This document shows, piece by piece, positions 1 through 26,384 of a stretch of 64,000 nucleotides of DNA (its first letter is position 1; every line of letters begins with the position of its first letter). Location: the NCBI GenBank assembly GCA_002269645.1, contig NIVC01000215.1:682001-746000 (forward strand). The letters run 5' to 3'. The translations under genes were made by a program, and so were the position numbers. Below the pieces are notes generated by a model that searched no databases, had not been told where the DNA came from, and saw only the letters and a program-made list of their open reading frames with translations. This DNA is from Macrostomum lignano (taxonomy: Eukaryota).

Positions 1-1050
1 CCTGTTCTCTCACCCTGTCTCACCCCGTCTCACCCCGTCTCACCTGTTTTCTCACCCTGTCTCACCTGTTCTCTCACCCTGTCTCACCTGTTCTCTCACC
101 CTGTCTCACCTGTTCTCTCCCCCTGTAGCACCCGTTCTGTCTCACCCCGTCTCACCTGTTCTCTCACCCTGTCTCACCTGTTCTCTCACCCTGTCTCACC
201 TGTTCTCTCATCCCGTCTCACCTGTTATCTCACCCTGTTTCACCTGTTCTCTCACCCTGTCTCACCTGTTCTCTCCCCCTGTAGCACCCGTTCTGTCTCA
301 CCCCGTCTCACCTGTTCTCTCACCCTGTCTCACCTGTTCTCTCACCCGTCTCACCTGTTCTCTCATCCCGTCTCACCTGTTATCTCACCCTGTCTCACCT
401 GTTCTCTCACCCTGTCTCACCTGTTCTCTCCCCCTGTAGCACCCGTTCTGTCTCACCCCGTCTTACCTGTTCTCTCACCCTGTCTCACCTGTTTTCTCAC
501 CCTGTCTCACCTGTTCTCTCACCCTGTCTCACCCCGTCTCACCCCGTCTCACCCCGTCTCACCCCGTCTCACCTGTTTTCTCACCCTGTCTCACCTGTTC
601 TCTCACCCTGTCTCACCTGTTCTCTCACCCTGTCTCACCTGTTCTCTCACCCTGTCTCACCTGTTCTCTCACCCTGTCTCACCTGTTCTCTCACCCTGTC
701 TCACCTGTTCCCCTCACCCTGTCTCACCTGTTCTCTCACCCTGTCTCACCTGTTCTCTCACCCTGTCTCACCTTTTCTCTCACCCGTCTCACCTGTTCTC
801 TCACCCAGTCTCACATATTCTCTCACCCCGTCTCACCTACCTGTTCTTTCAACCTGTCTCACCTAAATCTCACCTGTTCTCTCACCCTGTCTCACCTTTT
901 CTCTCACCCGTCTCACCTGTTCTCTCACCCAGTCTCACATATTCTCTCACCCCGTCTCACCTACCTGTTCTTTCAACCTGTCTCACCTAAATCTCACCTG
1001 TTCTCTCAATCTGTCTTAAAACGTCTGACCCTGTCTCACTCCGTCTCACT
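1..1050. repeat. ~22-bp minisatellite (CTCACCCTGTCTCACCTGTTCT), probably TRPV intron
   Basis: Direct tandem repeat. Confidence 0.95.
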
Positions 1051-1150
1051 CTATCACACTCTCACCCACCCTCCTCTAAATCTTACCCCAACCTGTTTTG
1101 CTTTTCATATTTTATCTCATGATAAATACTGAGCTCAATGCAAATTTCAG

Positions 1151-14194
<13,044 letters not shown>

Positions 14195-14669
14195 CTGGAT
14201 CCCGGATGTAAAACAACCGATGTTTTATTGTTTTACCGATTCTAATGCTTCAATTTTGGAAGCAATCTTCACGGACGGTTTGGTAGCATTGAATGAGTCA
14301 ATTTTCCGGCTTTATTTGATTTTAGTTTGTTATAAATCCTACTGATACATGATACCTTACCTTACGTTTCTGGAATGTATACTCCATGACATCTTACCTA
14401 TACTGCTGAAACCTACCCACCTATACACGTACTCCAGGCCATGGTATACTATGTTTATTTATAAAGAATTATTGCACTTTTTGATGTCCCAGCGAGATGC
14501 ATCTGCTTTGTTCAGTTATTTAATTACAGTAACCTGCACTCCAGCGGTGTCTATTCGGTATAAAATACAAGTGCGCGGATTAATATTTCTGACTAATCAG
14601 TGAACTATCGTTTTTTGATATGATCAGAATGCTGACTCTATCTATATTCCAGTTACCAGTACAAGATGA

Positions 14670-15850
14670 ACTGCTGACACTATCAATAGTTTCTGACAAC
14701 CCCCTGACACTATCTTAAGTTTCTGACAATCCCCTGGCACTATCTTAAGTTTCTGACAATCCCCTGGCACTATCTTAAGTTTCTGACAACCCCCTGACAC
14801 TATCTTAAGTTTCTGACAACCCCCTGACACTATCAATAGTTTCTGACAATGCCCTGACACTATCTTAAGTTTCTGACAATCCCCTGACACTATCTTAAGT
14901 TTCTGACAATCCCCTGACACTATCTTAAATTTCTGACAATCCCCTGACACTATCTTAAATTTCTGACAATCCCCTGACACTATCTTTAGTTTCTGACAAT
15001 CCCCTGACACTATCAATAGTTTCTGACAATCCCCTGACACTATCTTAAATTTCTGACAATCCCCTGACACTATCTTTAGTTTCTGACAATCCCCTGACAC
15101 TATCAATAGTTTCTGACAATCCCCTGACACTATCAATAGTTTCTGACAACCCCCTGACACTATCTTTAGTTTCTGACAATCCCCTGACACTATCTTTAGT
15201 TTCTGACAATCCCCTGACACTATCTTAAGTTTCTGACAATCCCCTGACACTATCAATAGTTTCTGACAACCCCCTGACACTATCAATAGTTTCTGACAAT
15301 CCCCTGACACTATCTTAAGTCTCTGACAACCCCCTGACACTATCTTAAGTTTCTGACAACCCCCTGACACTATCTAAAGTTTCTGACAACCCCCTGACAC
15401 TATCTTAAGTTTCTGACAACCCCCTGACACTATCTTAAGTTTCTGACAACCCCCTGACACTATCAATAGTTTCTGACAACCCCCTGACACTATCAATAGT
15501 TTCTGACAACCTCTGACACTATCAATAGTTTCTGACAACCCCCTGACACTATCTTAAGTTTCTGACAACCTCTGACACTATCAATAGTTTCTGACAACCT
15601 CTGACACTATCAATAGTTTCTGACAACCTCTGACACTATCAATAGTTTCTGACAACCCCCTGACACTATCTTAAGTTTCTGACAACCTCTGACACTATCA
15701 ATAGTTTCTGACAACCTCTGACACTATCAATAGTTTCTGACAACCTCTGACACTATCAATAGTTTCTGACAACCCCCTGACACTATCAATAGTTTCTGAC
15801 AACCCCCTGACACTATCAATAGTTTCTGACAATCCCCTGACACTATTTTA
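14670..15850. repeat. 30-bp minisatellite related to the 19-bp array
   Basis: Unit CCCCTGACACTATCTTAAGTTTCTGACAAT. Confidence 0.95.
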
Positions 15851-16214
15851 GGGAATGCAGTTAATGCGCCTTGAGTAAATAGTCAAAGAAAGCAGTGCTC
15901 ACTCATACAATGCATCGCCTCGGTTCAGTTTTCTATTTTCTTATATTTTTTCACACGGGTGCACCATGAAAACGCCTTTCTATAGGCACTGTTTGAAAGT
16001 ATATGCAAGACTGAAGCTAGTAAGAAGGTACAGAGAGAAATTCGGCAAAGGGTTGGTGTTCTCACAAGTCACAGTGCAAGAGTGCCAAAAAACCATATTG
16101 GGTAAAACTGAAGGCATTGCTTTTGCATATGCGAGAGTAATGTTCGTATTTGGGTGAGACCCTTATGAACGCCAATATTGCGGATGGCCTAAGGGTGCTT
16201 CGGTCTATTAGGTA

Positions 16215-16635
16215 GGCACCCCTGTCTCTTCGGTTGGCGCCCCTGTCTCTTAGGTTGGCGCCCCTGTCTCTTCGGTTAGCGCCCCTGGCCTGTCTCTTCG
16301 GTTGGCGCCCCTGTCTCTTCGGTTGGCGCCCCTGTCTCTTAGGTTGGCGCCCCTGTCTCTTCGGTTAGCGCCTCTGTCTCTTCGGTTGGCGTCCCTGTCT
16401 CTTCGGTTGGCGTCCCTGTCTCTTCGGTTGGCGCCCCTGTCTCTTCGGTTGGCGCCCCTGTCTCTTCGGTTGGCGCCCCTGTCTCTTACATTGGCACCCC
16501 TGTCTCTTACATTGGCACCCCTGTCTCTTACATTGGCACCCCTGTCTCTTACATTGGCACCCCTGTCTCTTACATTGGCGCCCCTGTCTCTTACATTGGC
16601 GCCCCTGTCTCTTACATTGGCGCCCCTGTCTCTTA
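16215..16635. repeat. 21-bp minisatellite (GGCGCCCCTGTCTCTTCGGTT)
   Basis: Direct tandem repeat. Confidence 0.95.
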
Positions 16636-17129
16636 GTCTCAGAGTTTTAAGGCATAAAATTACTAGTCAACTTAGCATACAGGAAGTTTGACAATAAACT
16701 CCGAGTGTAGTTCAGCTAAAAGGGACGATTTCGCAAATTTGCATGGCTAAGCAGAAGCAGCACAACGGTTAAGACGCGCACATTGACAGAGACAATAGCG
16801 AGCAGAGCCCAGAGTCTGGACAGAAGGCGAACGTCACGCGTTTGTCAGGCAATTGCAGAATGGGCAACTCAAAAATCTTAGAAAAATATCTGCCGCAGCA
16901 CTATCTGGGCTTGGCGCGTACACTCACTGCACTGTACAGCTGCTCCGCTTTCTACTTAAATCGTACAGACTAAGAAAGATATCTCACAGAGCTACTCTCT
17001 GACACAACAAGGTTCTACATGGTGTTCAGCATCGCAGATCCTTAGATAACATATCTTTAAGCGTAGTACTCGCATTGTACAGCAGCAGAGCAACCGAAAC
17101 TTGTGTCGAACCTGCGTCTCAGCCAAGAG

Positions 17130-18845
17130 ATGGGCAACAGGCACAGCAAAAGCTCGACAAAGAAGCCAAAAAATCGTAAAAAGCGAAAGTCGGAAGGTCA
17201 GCAAATTTCTGCAAGCCAGTCCGTGCCCAATCTTTCGACGGTGGAGGAACCATCCAGGTCGGAGCCGGCTGTGAGAAACTCGGGATCACAGGATGACCTG
17301 CTGCACAATGGGTCAGTGCATGTACAGCAACCGCAGCTACCGCCACCGCGACTGCCGCCAAAGATGCCTGAAAAAAGTAGAAAGCAGATGAAAGCGCTGT
17401 TCGACTTTGAGAAGCAGACAGAAGGCGACCTGTCCTTCAAAAAAGACGACGTCTTTGATCTAGTGGACGACACGGACCAGTTCTGGTGGAAGATGACCCA
17501 CACCGGAACAGGAGAAACCGGCTACGTGCCATACAACTATGTTCAACAGTACGACGGAGGGCCGACCTCATTATCCTGCTGGTTCGATCTGGACCGCAGA
17601 GAGGCGGAGAGGAACCTGCTGATGCCGGGCCTTCAAGAGGGGACGTTTCTGCTGCGGCCCTGCCGGCAGAGAGCCGACCAAGCGCTTTACACTCTGAGCA
17701 TTCGGACTGAGGAAAATACTCAAAATAAAGGCAGACAAATCGCAGTGAAGCACTACATGGTGAAACCTTTAGACTCTGGAGGCCTCTACATCTCGCCTAA
17801 AATAACATTCCCAACTGTGAAGGAGCTGTTAGAGCACTATGAGCACACTCAAGATGGACTCTGTTCCAAACTTACAAAGCCGTGCCCTCGAAAGTATGAA
17901 CCGCCGCCTCAATTCCGAGACCTTGAGCTCAACAGGAACCAGCTTCAACTCGTAGAAAAGATTGGACAAGGATCTTTCGGAGAAGTCAGCATAAATACTG
18001 TATTACATTTGTATGCCTTTTGTGCCCTCCTAATTTTTATCGATTCTCAACTGCAGGTCTGGAAGGCGAAGCTCGGGCGCTTGGTTGAAGTGGCGGTAAA
18101 GATGATGCACTCTGACGGTCAAGGCATCGCTATGAACAAGGGCGAGTTCATTCGCGAAGCGCAAACCATGCACCAGCTGCACCACCCAAAGATTGTCCAA
18201 CTGCTCGGAGTGTGCACAACCGACGAGCCATTCTACATCGTCACCGAGCTCATGCCCAACGGAGCATTGCTGTCGTACTTGAGGAACGACGAGAAGTACG
18301 GAAGGAAAATAACGTATGGCGCAATGCTTGACATGCTGTTCCAGATCGCTGACGGAATGGCCTACCTCGAGGAGAAGAAGTTCATTCACAGAGATCTGAG
18401 AGCCGCCAACATTCTCGTTGGACAAGAGAACGTGGTGAAGGTGGGCGACTTCGGGCTGAGCCGCCTCATTGAGGAGGACGTGTATGACGCAGGTGAGAAC
18501 ACGAAGTTCCCCATCCGCTGGACGGCTCCGGAGGCTGCGACCGACAAGGTGTTCACCAACAAGTCGGACGTGTGGTCGTTCGGCGTCCTGATCTACGAGG
18601 TCGTGACGCGAGGCCGGGTTCCGTACCAGGAGCATCAGAACAAAGCGATTCTCAAGCTGGTTTCGGAAGGCCATCGAATGCTGAACCCGCACAATGAGCA
18701 GCAGGGCATTCGATGCGACGAGTTTTTGTATAAAAACATCATGCTGGCCTGCTGGCACTCAAGCGAACAGGAGAGACCCACCTTCGCCACCTTGAGGAAC
18801 ATCTTCGAGAGCTACGAAACCGAGGCGGAACGGCAATATGAGTGA
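17130..18845 (+). CDS. Src-family tyrosine kinase A (SH4-SH3-SH2-kinase)
   Basis: ATG at 17130 (MGNRHSK...). SH3 ALFDF...WW...YVPYNYV; SH2 WFD...FLLR; GQGSFG, VAVK, HRDLRAAN (Src signature), DFG, activation-loop Tyr (EDVYD), tail QYE. One predicted 72-nt intron at 17985-18056, at the same position as in the paralog. Confidence 0.95.
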   Translation: MGNRHSKSSTKKPKNRKKRKSEGQQISASQSVPNLSTVEEPSRSEPAVRNSGSQDDLLHNGSVHVQQPQLPPPRLPPKMPEKSRKQMKALFDFEKQTEGDLSFKKDDVFDLVDDTDQFWWKMTHTGTGETGYVPYNYVQQYDGGPTSLSCWFDLDRREAERNLLMPGLQEGTFLLRPCRQRADQALYTLSIRTEENTQNKGRQIAVKHYMVKPLDSGGLYISPKITFPTVKELLEHYEHTQDGLCSKLTKPCPRKYEPPPQFRDLELNRNQLQLVEKIGQGSFGEVSINTVLHLYAFCALLIFIDSQLQVWKAKLGRLVEVAVKMMHSDGQGIAMNKGEFIREAQTMHQLHHPKIVQLLGVCTTDEPFYIVTELMPNGALLSYLRNDEKYGRKITYGAMLDMLFQIADGMAYLEEKKFIHRDLRAANILVGQENVVKVGDFGLSRLIEEDVYDAGENTKFPIRWTAPEAATDKVFTNKSDVWSFGVLIYEVVTRGRVPYQEHQNKAILKLVSEGHRMLNPHNEQQGIRCDEFLYKNIMLACWHSSEQERPTFATLRNIFESYETEAERQYE

Positions 18846-19509
18846 TGTTGTGCTGAGAACTATGCCAATAGTCTGTGCTGTCTGTTGCCCCGACGTTACG
18901 CTCTTATTTGGTTGTTTAGTTTTGTTTTCTTGCTCCCCTTAGCATACGCCGCCGTCGCTTTGTTGATTTCGACGATACGAGTATTGTGTTTTAAATGTTT
19001 ATACGGACTCATTGAGTGCATATTTACCACTTGAAGTACAATTTTTCTTGTGTTGAAAGTGAACTTTAAAACATAATTTTTATCGGTCTGAATGTATTCC
19101 AAAGATTTTTCACTCTAAACATTCGAGACTTAGCTATTTATTTTTTAATATCCAAGCTTCGTTATGCTACTTGATGCACAATGATTGCCATTCGAATTCG
19201 AATTTTTATCGTGATTTTTATTGTTGATGCCAGCTGCAAAAACTTTAAATGCGTTGACATGTAGAACATTTTTTAAACCTGTGAATACGTTCATGCTGTA
19301 AGGACGGCGTTTTTTTTAACACAGTTTTTGATTTATTATTTACTCCGGTCTCATCAAATACATATTTTTTTTAAAGATCTCATTCGTTGACCATGAAAAG
19401 CAACGACTAACTGTTGATAGTGGCTGCAAAAATTCACCGAAGGTTCAAGTCATGAAGGAGTCTCACATTTATAGAAAAATATTTACTTTTATTTATTTAG
19501 GTCTAATGC

Positions 19510-20092
19510 AGGAGGGTTTCTGCAGGAGGGTTTCTGCAGGAGGGTTTCTGCAGGAGGGTTTCCCGCACGAGGGTTTCCCGCACGAGGGTTTCACGCACGA
19601 GGGTTTCCCACACGAGGGTTTCCCGCACGAGGGTTTCCCGCACGATGGTTTCCCGCACGAGGGTTTCCCGCACGAGGGTTTCCCGTACGAGGGTTTCCCG
19701 CACGAGGGTTTCCCGCACGAGGGTTTCCCGCACGAGGGTTTCCCGCACGAGGGTTTCCCGCAGGAGGGTTTCCCGCACGAGGGTTTCCCGCACGAGGGTT
19801 TCCCGCACGAGGGTTTCCCGCACGAGGGTTTCCCGCACGAGGGTTTCCCGCACGAGGGTTTCCCGCACGAGGGTTTCCCGCACGAGGGTTTCCCGCACGA
19901 GGGTTTCCCGCACGAGGGTTTCCCGCACGAGGGTTTCCCGCCGGAGGGTTTCCCGCACGAGGGTTTCCCGCACGAGGGTTTCCCGCACGAGAGTTTCCCG
20001 CACGAGGGTTTCACGCACGAGGGTTTCCCGCAGGAGGGTTTCCCGCACGAGGGTTTCCCACACGAGGGTTTCCCGCACGAGGGTTTCCCGCA
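19510..20092. repeat. 15-bp minisatellite (GAGGGTTTCCCGCAC) between the Src genes
   Basis: Direct tandem repeat. Confidence 0.97.
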
Positions 20093-20930
20093 GTCCGCAG
20101 AGAAGAAAAATACACGACATGTGAGCTTTTATCACTCAACTTTGACGCAACTCCCATTTACTATATGATTGTCTTATACCGGTTTAAACGTTTTAAAGTT
20201 CTTAAAATGAGCTCATTGAGTGTGATTAACTTGAGCATTAAGTAACAGATGGATAGCAAATGAACAGCTATAGTTATTAAGTACATCGATCACAGTTAAA
20301 AACTACTGCTGCGTCATCTCAAAAGCGTCCGGCTAATAGGCTTGAAGATGTAAAAACTAAATTGCATAAAAGGCTGAGCGAAAGAAACTTAGAGAATTAA
20401 TATAGGTCGTGTATTCGCACTCGTAAATGCAAGCTAACTGCGTAGTTTATTTAATTGGCAGAGGGCTAAGGCGTGCTTGAAGCTTGGTGGGCTGTTTTTC
20501 TAGCAGAGAAAGAAACGCAAAGAGGAGAGAAATGAAAAACTAGGAGAGAGAGAGAGAGAGGAGAGAGAAAGAGCGGACAGAGCAGAGCGGCAGAGTTAGA
20601 GGAGGTTGTCGCCAATGAACACACAGCTCTCATACTCGCACGTCTCTGCAGCATGCTATCGAGTCGCGACTCTGCTCTCTCAAACGGCTCGCGCACAAGA
20701 TTCACAGGACCAACCCCCGAGAACCAAACCAAAGGGCGTACATTGGCTGTAAAATTTGTGTTCTTAGCTATAGTATTATGACTGAGCATTTAGTTGATAG
20801 GCTGAAAACAGCCTCGGTTTTAGCAGCCGTAGCCCACAAAAGAAAATCCTTAAAAGTCTCTTTACATCACACGGACTACATCAGACAGAGCGGAAAGCAA
20901 TAAGTTGAGAACTGAGAACTCATCAGCAGA

Positions 20931-22588
20931 ATGGGAAACTGCATTAGTAGAAAAGAGCAAGCAAATATTGATATCACAATGTCACAGGCAATGCCACCGT
21001 CTCAGCCTGAGTTCCAGGCTCAGCGTCAGCAGCAGTACCAGGCACCATTGCCGCCTGCATCGCAGCAGCAACCAGTTGTGTTGCAGAAGCCTCCATCCCA
21101 GGCGCCAGCAATAGCTCCCCGTCAAAAGCAGATGAGAGCATTGTTCTCCTTTGAAAAGCAGGTAGAAGGCGACCTGTCTTTCAGAAAAGACGACATCCTG
21201 GATTTAGTCGACAACTCGGACGAGTTCTGGTGGAAGATGCGCCACACCGAAACAGGAGAAACTGGCTACGTGCCATACAACTATGTTCAACCGTACGATG
21301 GGAGCCCAACCTCAATGGCATGCTGGTTCGACGTGGATCGCAGAGAGGCGGAGAGAAACCTGCTGATGCCGGGCCTTCAGGAAGGGACGTTTCTGCTGCG
21401 GCCCTGTCGGCAGAAAGCCGACCAAGCCGTTTACAGTCTGAGCATTCGAAAAGAGGAGCAGACGCGGAACGAGGGCAGACAAATATTTGTTAAACACTAC
21501 ATGGTGAAGCCAACCGACCAAAATGGCTTTTATATTAGTCCAAAAAAGATTTTTGCAAGCATGCAGAATCTAGTGAGGCACTATCAGAACGCTGAAGACG
21601 GACTCTGCTGCCGCTTGACTATGCCGTGTCAGCGAAAGTACGTGCCGCCGCCTCAATTCCGAGACTTTGAGCTTAACAGGAACCAGCTCACGTTAATTGA
21701 AAAGCTTGGCCGTGGATCCTTTGGAGAGGTAATTGCGAGCACACGGGCTGTAATTCAATTAGCATGAACCAAAACTTAAAAATGCCAAACTAATTTCAGG
21801 TCTGGAAGGCAAAACTCGGTCGGTTAGTTGAAGTGGCGGTAAAGATGATGCACTCGAACGGTCAAGGCATCGCTATGAATCAGCAAGAGTTCATTCGCGA
21901 AGCCCAAACCATGCACAAGCTGCACCACCCAAAGATTGTCCAACTGCTCGGAGTATGTACTACCGAGGAGCCATTCTACATCGTCACCGAGCTCATGCCC
22001 AACGGAGCACTTACAACTTATCTAAAGAACGACGAAGAAAATGGAAGAATAATTACATTTGACAACATGCTTGACATGCTGTTCCAGATCGCTGACGGAA
22101 TGGCCTACCTGGAGGAGAAGAAGTTCATTCACAGAGATCTGAGAGCCGCCAACATTCTCGTTGGACACGAGAACGTGGTGAAGGTGAGCGACTTCGGATT
22201 GAGCCGTTTCATGGAGGAAGACGCATACGATGCAGGTGAGAACACGAAGTTCCCCATCCGCTGGACGGCTCCAGAGGCTGCGACCAAGAAGGTGTTTACC
22301 AACAAGTCGGACGTGTGGTCGTTCGGCGTCCTGATCTACGAGATTGTGACGCGAGGCCGCATACCGTACCCAGAGTACGTGAACCGGGACATTTTGCGGA
22401 TGGTGTCCCGTGGATATCGAATGAAAAATCCGCACAACGATGATCAAGGCGTTTTCTGTGATGAGTTCCTCTATGAGAACATCATGTTGTCCTGTTGGAA
22501 AGCAAACCCGTCCGAACGGCCGACGTTTGCCACACTGAGAGGCATCTTTGAGAACTATTACGTGGAGAAGCAGCACCAGTATGAGTAA
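20931..22588 (+). CDS. Src-family tyrosine kinase B (tandem paralog)
   Basis: Exons 20931-21728 and 21800-22588; intron 21729-21799 (gtaatt...tttcag). MGNCIS N-terminus, SH3, SH2, GRGSFGE/VWK, VAVK, HRDLRAAN, DFG, tail QYE. Confidence 0.95.
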
Positions 22589-23889
22589 TATATTACTATT
22601 TGTTCTTTTTTTCCTTTGTTCGCGCACTCGAATGACTGTTGTATCTTATCAACGTATCTCAATACCATGCTATTCAGTTTGCATGCGAAGTGCATTATGT
22701 TTATACAATAAGTTGGTAATTAACTAAGCTAGTTTTAACTAAGTTTCATGAGCTGCCTACCGACTTGACGTTCGCCTGTAAATGTTTTTGTGCTGCTTTT
22801 TTGTATCGCCAACTTAATTTATTCTTTTGATACGCTTTGAGCCTTTTTGTTGCCATGCAGTTGATTTACATGTATCTAAAACTTTTTTATTCAATCATGT
22901 CTCGGCTTGTTTATTCAGTCCATGTACACGATACTCGTTGTACACTGCACACGTATTTCGCTACAACTTTGGATCCTACTGAAATCCTGAAAGTTGTCCA
23001 AATGAGCATACAAAAAAACTGCTCTTAATTTGCAGTAACTGCCTGTCTGCACAGCCACACGGATGTAAGTTCATTGGCTGCAGTGTTTAATCGATGCTGG
23101 CTCGTATTTTTCAGAATTTCAACTGGTAAAAATTTTATAAAATGTACAAGTACTACGTGTACTTTTATCCACAGATAAGAATCTATTAACACAGCAGCAG
23201 CTGATCTCTGGTAATAACCAATAACCGTAGAAAATTTTGTGATGCTAAGTTGATTATTAGTCAACATATAAATATGCAATAGTGTTGAATGTACTATAAA
23301 TGTATTCGAGTTTTTTTAAATATACATGCAACTTCACGTGGCATTATATAGCCTAATTTATAGTCTAATAATTACAGCCAAGCATATTTTCAACAATTTC
23401 ATTTTTTAGATTTCTAGCCAGGAATGAGTGTACTGTACCTATGAATTTAAACAAACTTCAAACAGGCTAATACCTATTTCAAAGTAAAACAAATATTTTT
23501 AAATTTCCTTAATTGATCATAATGATTCAGTTAATGCGTTGTTGAATTGTAATTAACAATTAAGCTGCATGACTTTCAAACATTACGTAATATACTTGAC
23601 TGGTGTACAGCTAATAATAACAAATTAAAACATTAATTGCCTATATGCTAAGGCAAACCATTAGACAAATCCTCCTTTGAACCTCGACTAATTTTTGCGG
23701 ACCCACCCTTCCTCCCCTATGAATCCGATCACAGATGCCGGTCGCCCACCTCACTCCCCCAGCGCACCAACCCCACCTCCTTTCGATTGTTCTGACAGTT
23801 TTATGACCCCCTTATCTCCCCAAGTTTTTTCCTGCTTGTTAAGTAATCCCCCATCATAAATCATTTTTCTCCGCTGCTCCCCCAGCCCT

Positions 23890-24110
23890 CCTCGTCCAAT
23901 CACAGCGCGGCTGGCGGGTGACGTCATCAGGGTTTCTTGGTAACGGAGGTCAAGAACAAGTCACGGCCTTTAATATCATGCATAACGTTCACGTGATGCG
24001 TGACGCGTGATCTCACGGCTGTTAAATACAAGCCCGTTTTGAACGAATTTTCGAGGCGGCACGTCTTGATTTTACCTTCCCTTTCTTAGACATCAAAATG
24101 GCGTTATCTA
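23890..24110 (+). promoter_or_regulatory. Cluster of promoter-like motifs
   Basis: CCAAT at 23896, TGACGTCA (CRE) at 23919, CACGTG at 23990, AAAATGGCG (YY1-like) at 24095. No downstream gene identified. Confidence 0.35.
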
Positions 24111-25759
24111 TTATCCACCTGGGCTTAGGAAGGAATCGTAGACTAGAATCGCTCCCAGCTAAAAGATCCCCCTGTCAAAAGTCCTCATTTCCAGCACTTA
24201 CTAGACTCTTCCTGTACGCCTCGCATAGAGTCCCTCAATCGGCCATTTCTGGTACAGTTGGGGTCAAGACTTCGTGTACCTATAAGCAACCCGGGCCGGC
24301 AGGCCCACGCTGTCTAGATAATGGGATCTTGGCCGCAACATCAACTACCGCACCATCCAGAGGCGGACAAAGTCTAGATCGGACGAGGCTTGGCGGCTGT
24401 ATACCTTTTAGCGCCATATCCCAGGGGGTTTGCAAAGGTGTTTTCAAGCAGCTAGCTCGGGTTACATCAATTAGTTGGCAACTTATTCTTTCCAAGTCAA
24501 TTAGCAAATAAAACTTTCACGTACGACTCATTAATTCCCTCATATTCTTACAGCGGGGGTCGCTCAGTCAACTAAGTCACCTGCTTTTGTGAATTAATGT
24601 TTTCATCATCAATTCGCCAGTTCGCACTCGACGAGGGGTCAGTATATAGTTAACAGAGGAGACAATAAAGCTGAAATTCTTAGACTTTTTAATGACTACG
24701 CAGCTCACGGGTGCAAGATTGAGAAATTAATTTAAAGAAGAAATTTTTGTTTAAATGATGGCTTGTTACGATCTAGAAAAGCCAGGAAAACGGGGAAAGA
24801 AACATATACAGGATACCGACAGGGGATATCGCGCACTTTTTAATCGACTGCTGCTCGACCGTACATGTATGTATTCACTATTTGAACTGCATTTTAAAAT
24901 CATAATAAAGTATCACTACATCTGTATGTAATTCATAAATTATTTTTTTTTCACCTGGCTTCCTGGGTCTGCCTGGCCCGGCAAGTATATCTCAATCCCG
25001 GCAAGTGTATCTTGTATATCAAGAGATCTCCAAGCCTAATAGCCTACTAGAAGTAGTAAGATAAAAACATGAATACTATTTAAAAACTAGCATGCGTCAT
25101 ACTCTATTTTCAGTAATACCTGCAGTATCACGTAAACAGCGAGTGATCATTCCATAGTCCAAAAAAACGGTTTTCAACCTATATTTCCAAATTTGGTAAA
25201 TGTCAATTTAAATGCGACCCAAGCTTCCCCCTTTTCTATGTAAAGCCCCACCGGTCAAGAGACAAAGTCCATCTTTTGATTTTTATCAATAAAACCGGTT
25301 TGAAGCTCAAGGTTGAATGAAATCGTGTATAAATACAAGCGAAAATCCGAGCTGAAACCTCAGACTCGGAGCAGCCTTAAGAGATCTTAGGCTTAGCCAG
25401 AGCTACTAAGCAAGGCTATATCTCTGAGAGAGACAAATACCAATTGGTAAGCCTTTGTTAGAGTCTTTGTTATTTGAGTCTTTGTTATTCGATTATTGAG
25501 AGCTGTGTCATTGCCGGCCGTTACTGATCAGTCGATTTATTGAGTTATTGAATTTGAGGCCTCCCTATTCCTAAGGGATTGGATAGGATGTGCGGACCGA
25601 TTCCGATGCTCTTAGTCGATTACTGATTGATTGATTTTGGTACCCTAGAGTAACCGATAGGAGCACACGACTCCGATTCCGCTATTTCTAGAAGAAGACG
25701 CTCTTTCTGGAGGACCTCGTTATTTTTATAGAGTTGACTTTGTTATTAGGGCGCATTTC

Positions 25760-26080
25760 TGCAATCGAGGAATATATTGGTTTCTGCACTCGAGGAATAT
25801 ATTGATTTCTGCACTCGAGGAATATATCGATTTCTGCACTCGAGGAATATATTGGTTTCTGCACTCGAGGAATATATTGATTTCTGCACTCGAGGAATAT
25901 ATCGATTTCTGCACTCGAGGAATATATTGGTTTCTGCACTCGAGGAATATATTGATTTCTGCACTCGGGGAATATATTGGTTTCTGCACTCGAGAAATAT
26001 TTTTGGTTTCTGCACTCGAGGAATATATCGATTTCTGCACTCGAGGAATATATCGATTTCTGCACTCGAGGAATATATTG
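25760..26080. repeat. 25-bp minisatellite (TTTCTGCACTCGAGGAATATATTGA)
   Basis: Direct tandem repeat. Confidence 0.95.
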
Positions 26081-26384
26081 GCGTCGACGGACTAAGTTAT
26101 TAAGCTCTCATATTCGGCCGATTCTAGAATTCAAAGAAGACTACTCCGGAGGAAGAAGATTTGAAGAGACGAGCTCGGAAAACCTGCCCGACAAAGAAGA
26201 GTAGCCCGCATCAGTAAGTGATCACTGAAATTTGTTCCCAGGCTTGAGGTCTGGAAGTGGGAGTTCGTGCGTTTAGACACTGGAAGTGGGAGTTCGTGCG
26301 TTTAGACACGAGATTAAATTCTCTCTCTCTTCTCTTTCTCTCTCTTTCCCTTTCTCTAGTGTACTAAAGCGAAATCTTCAGCCG

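Noticed and set aside
17103-17129. Track start of Src A at 17103 (and PKA-RII at 57279)
   Set aside because: These use non-ATG or upstream starts. ATG 17130 gives the myristoylation Met-Gly, and ATG 57447 precedes the docking domain.
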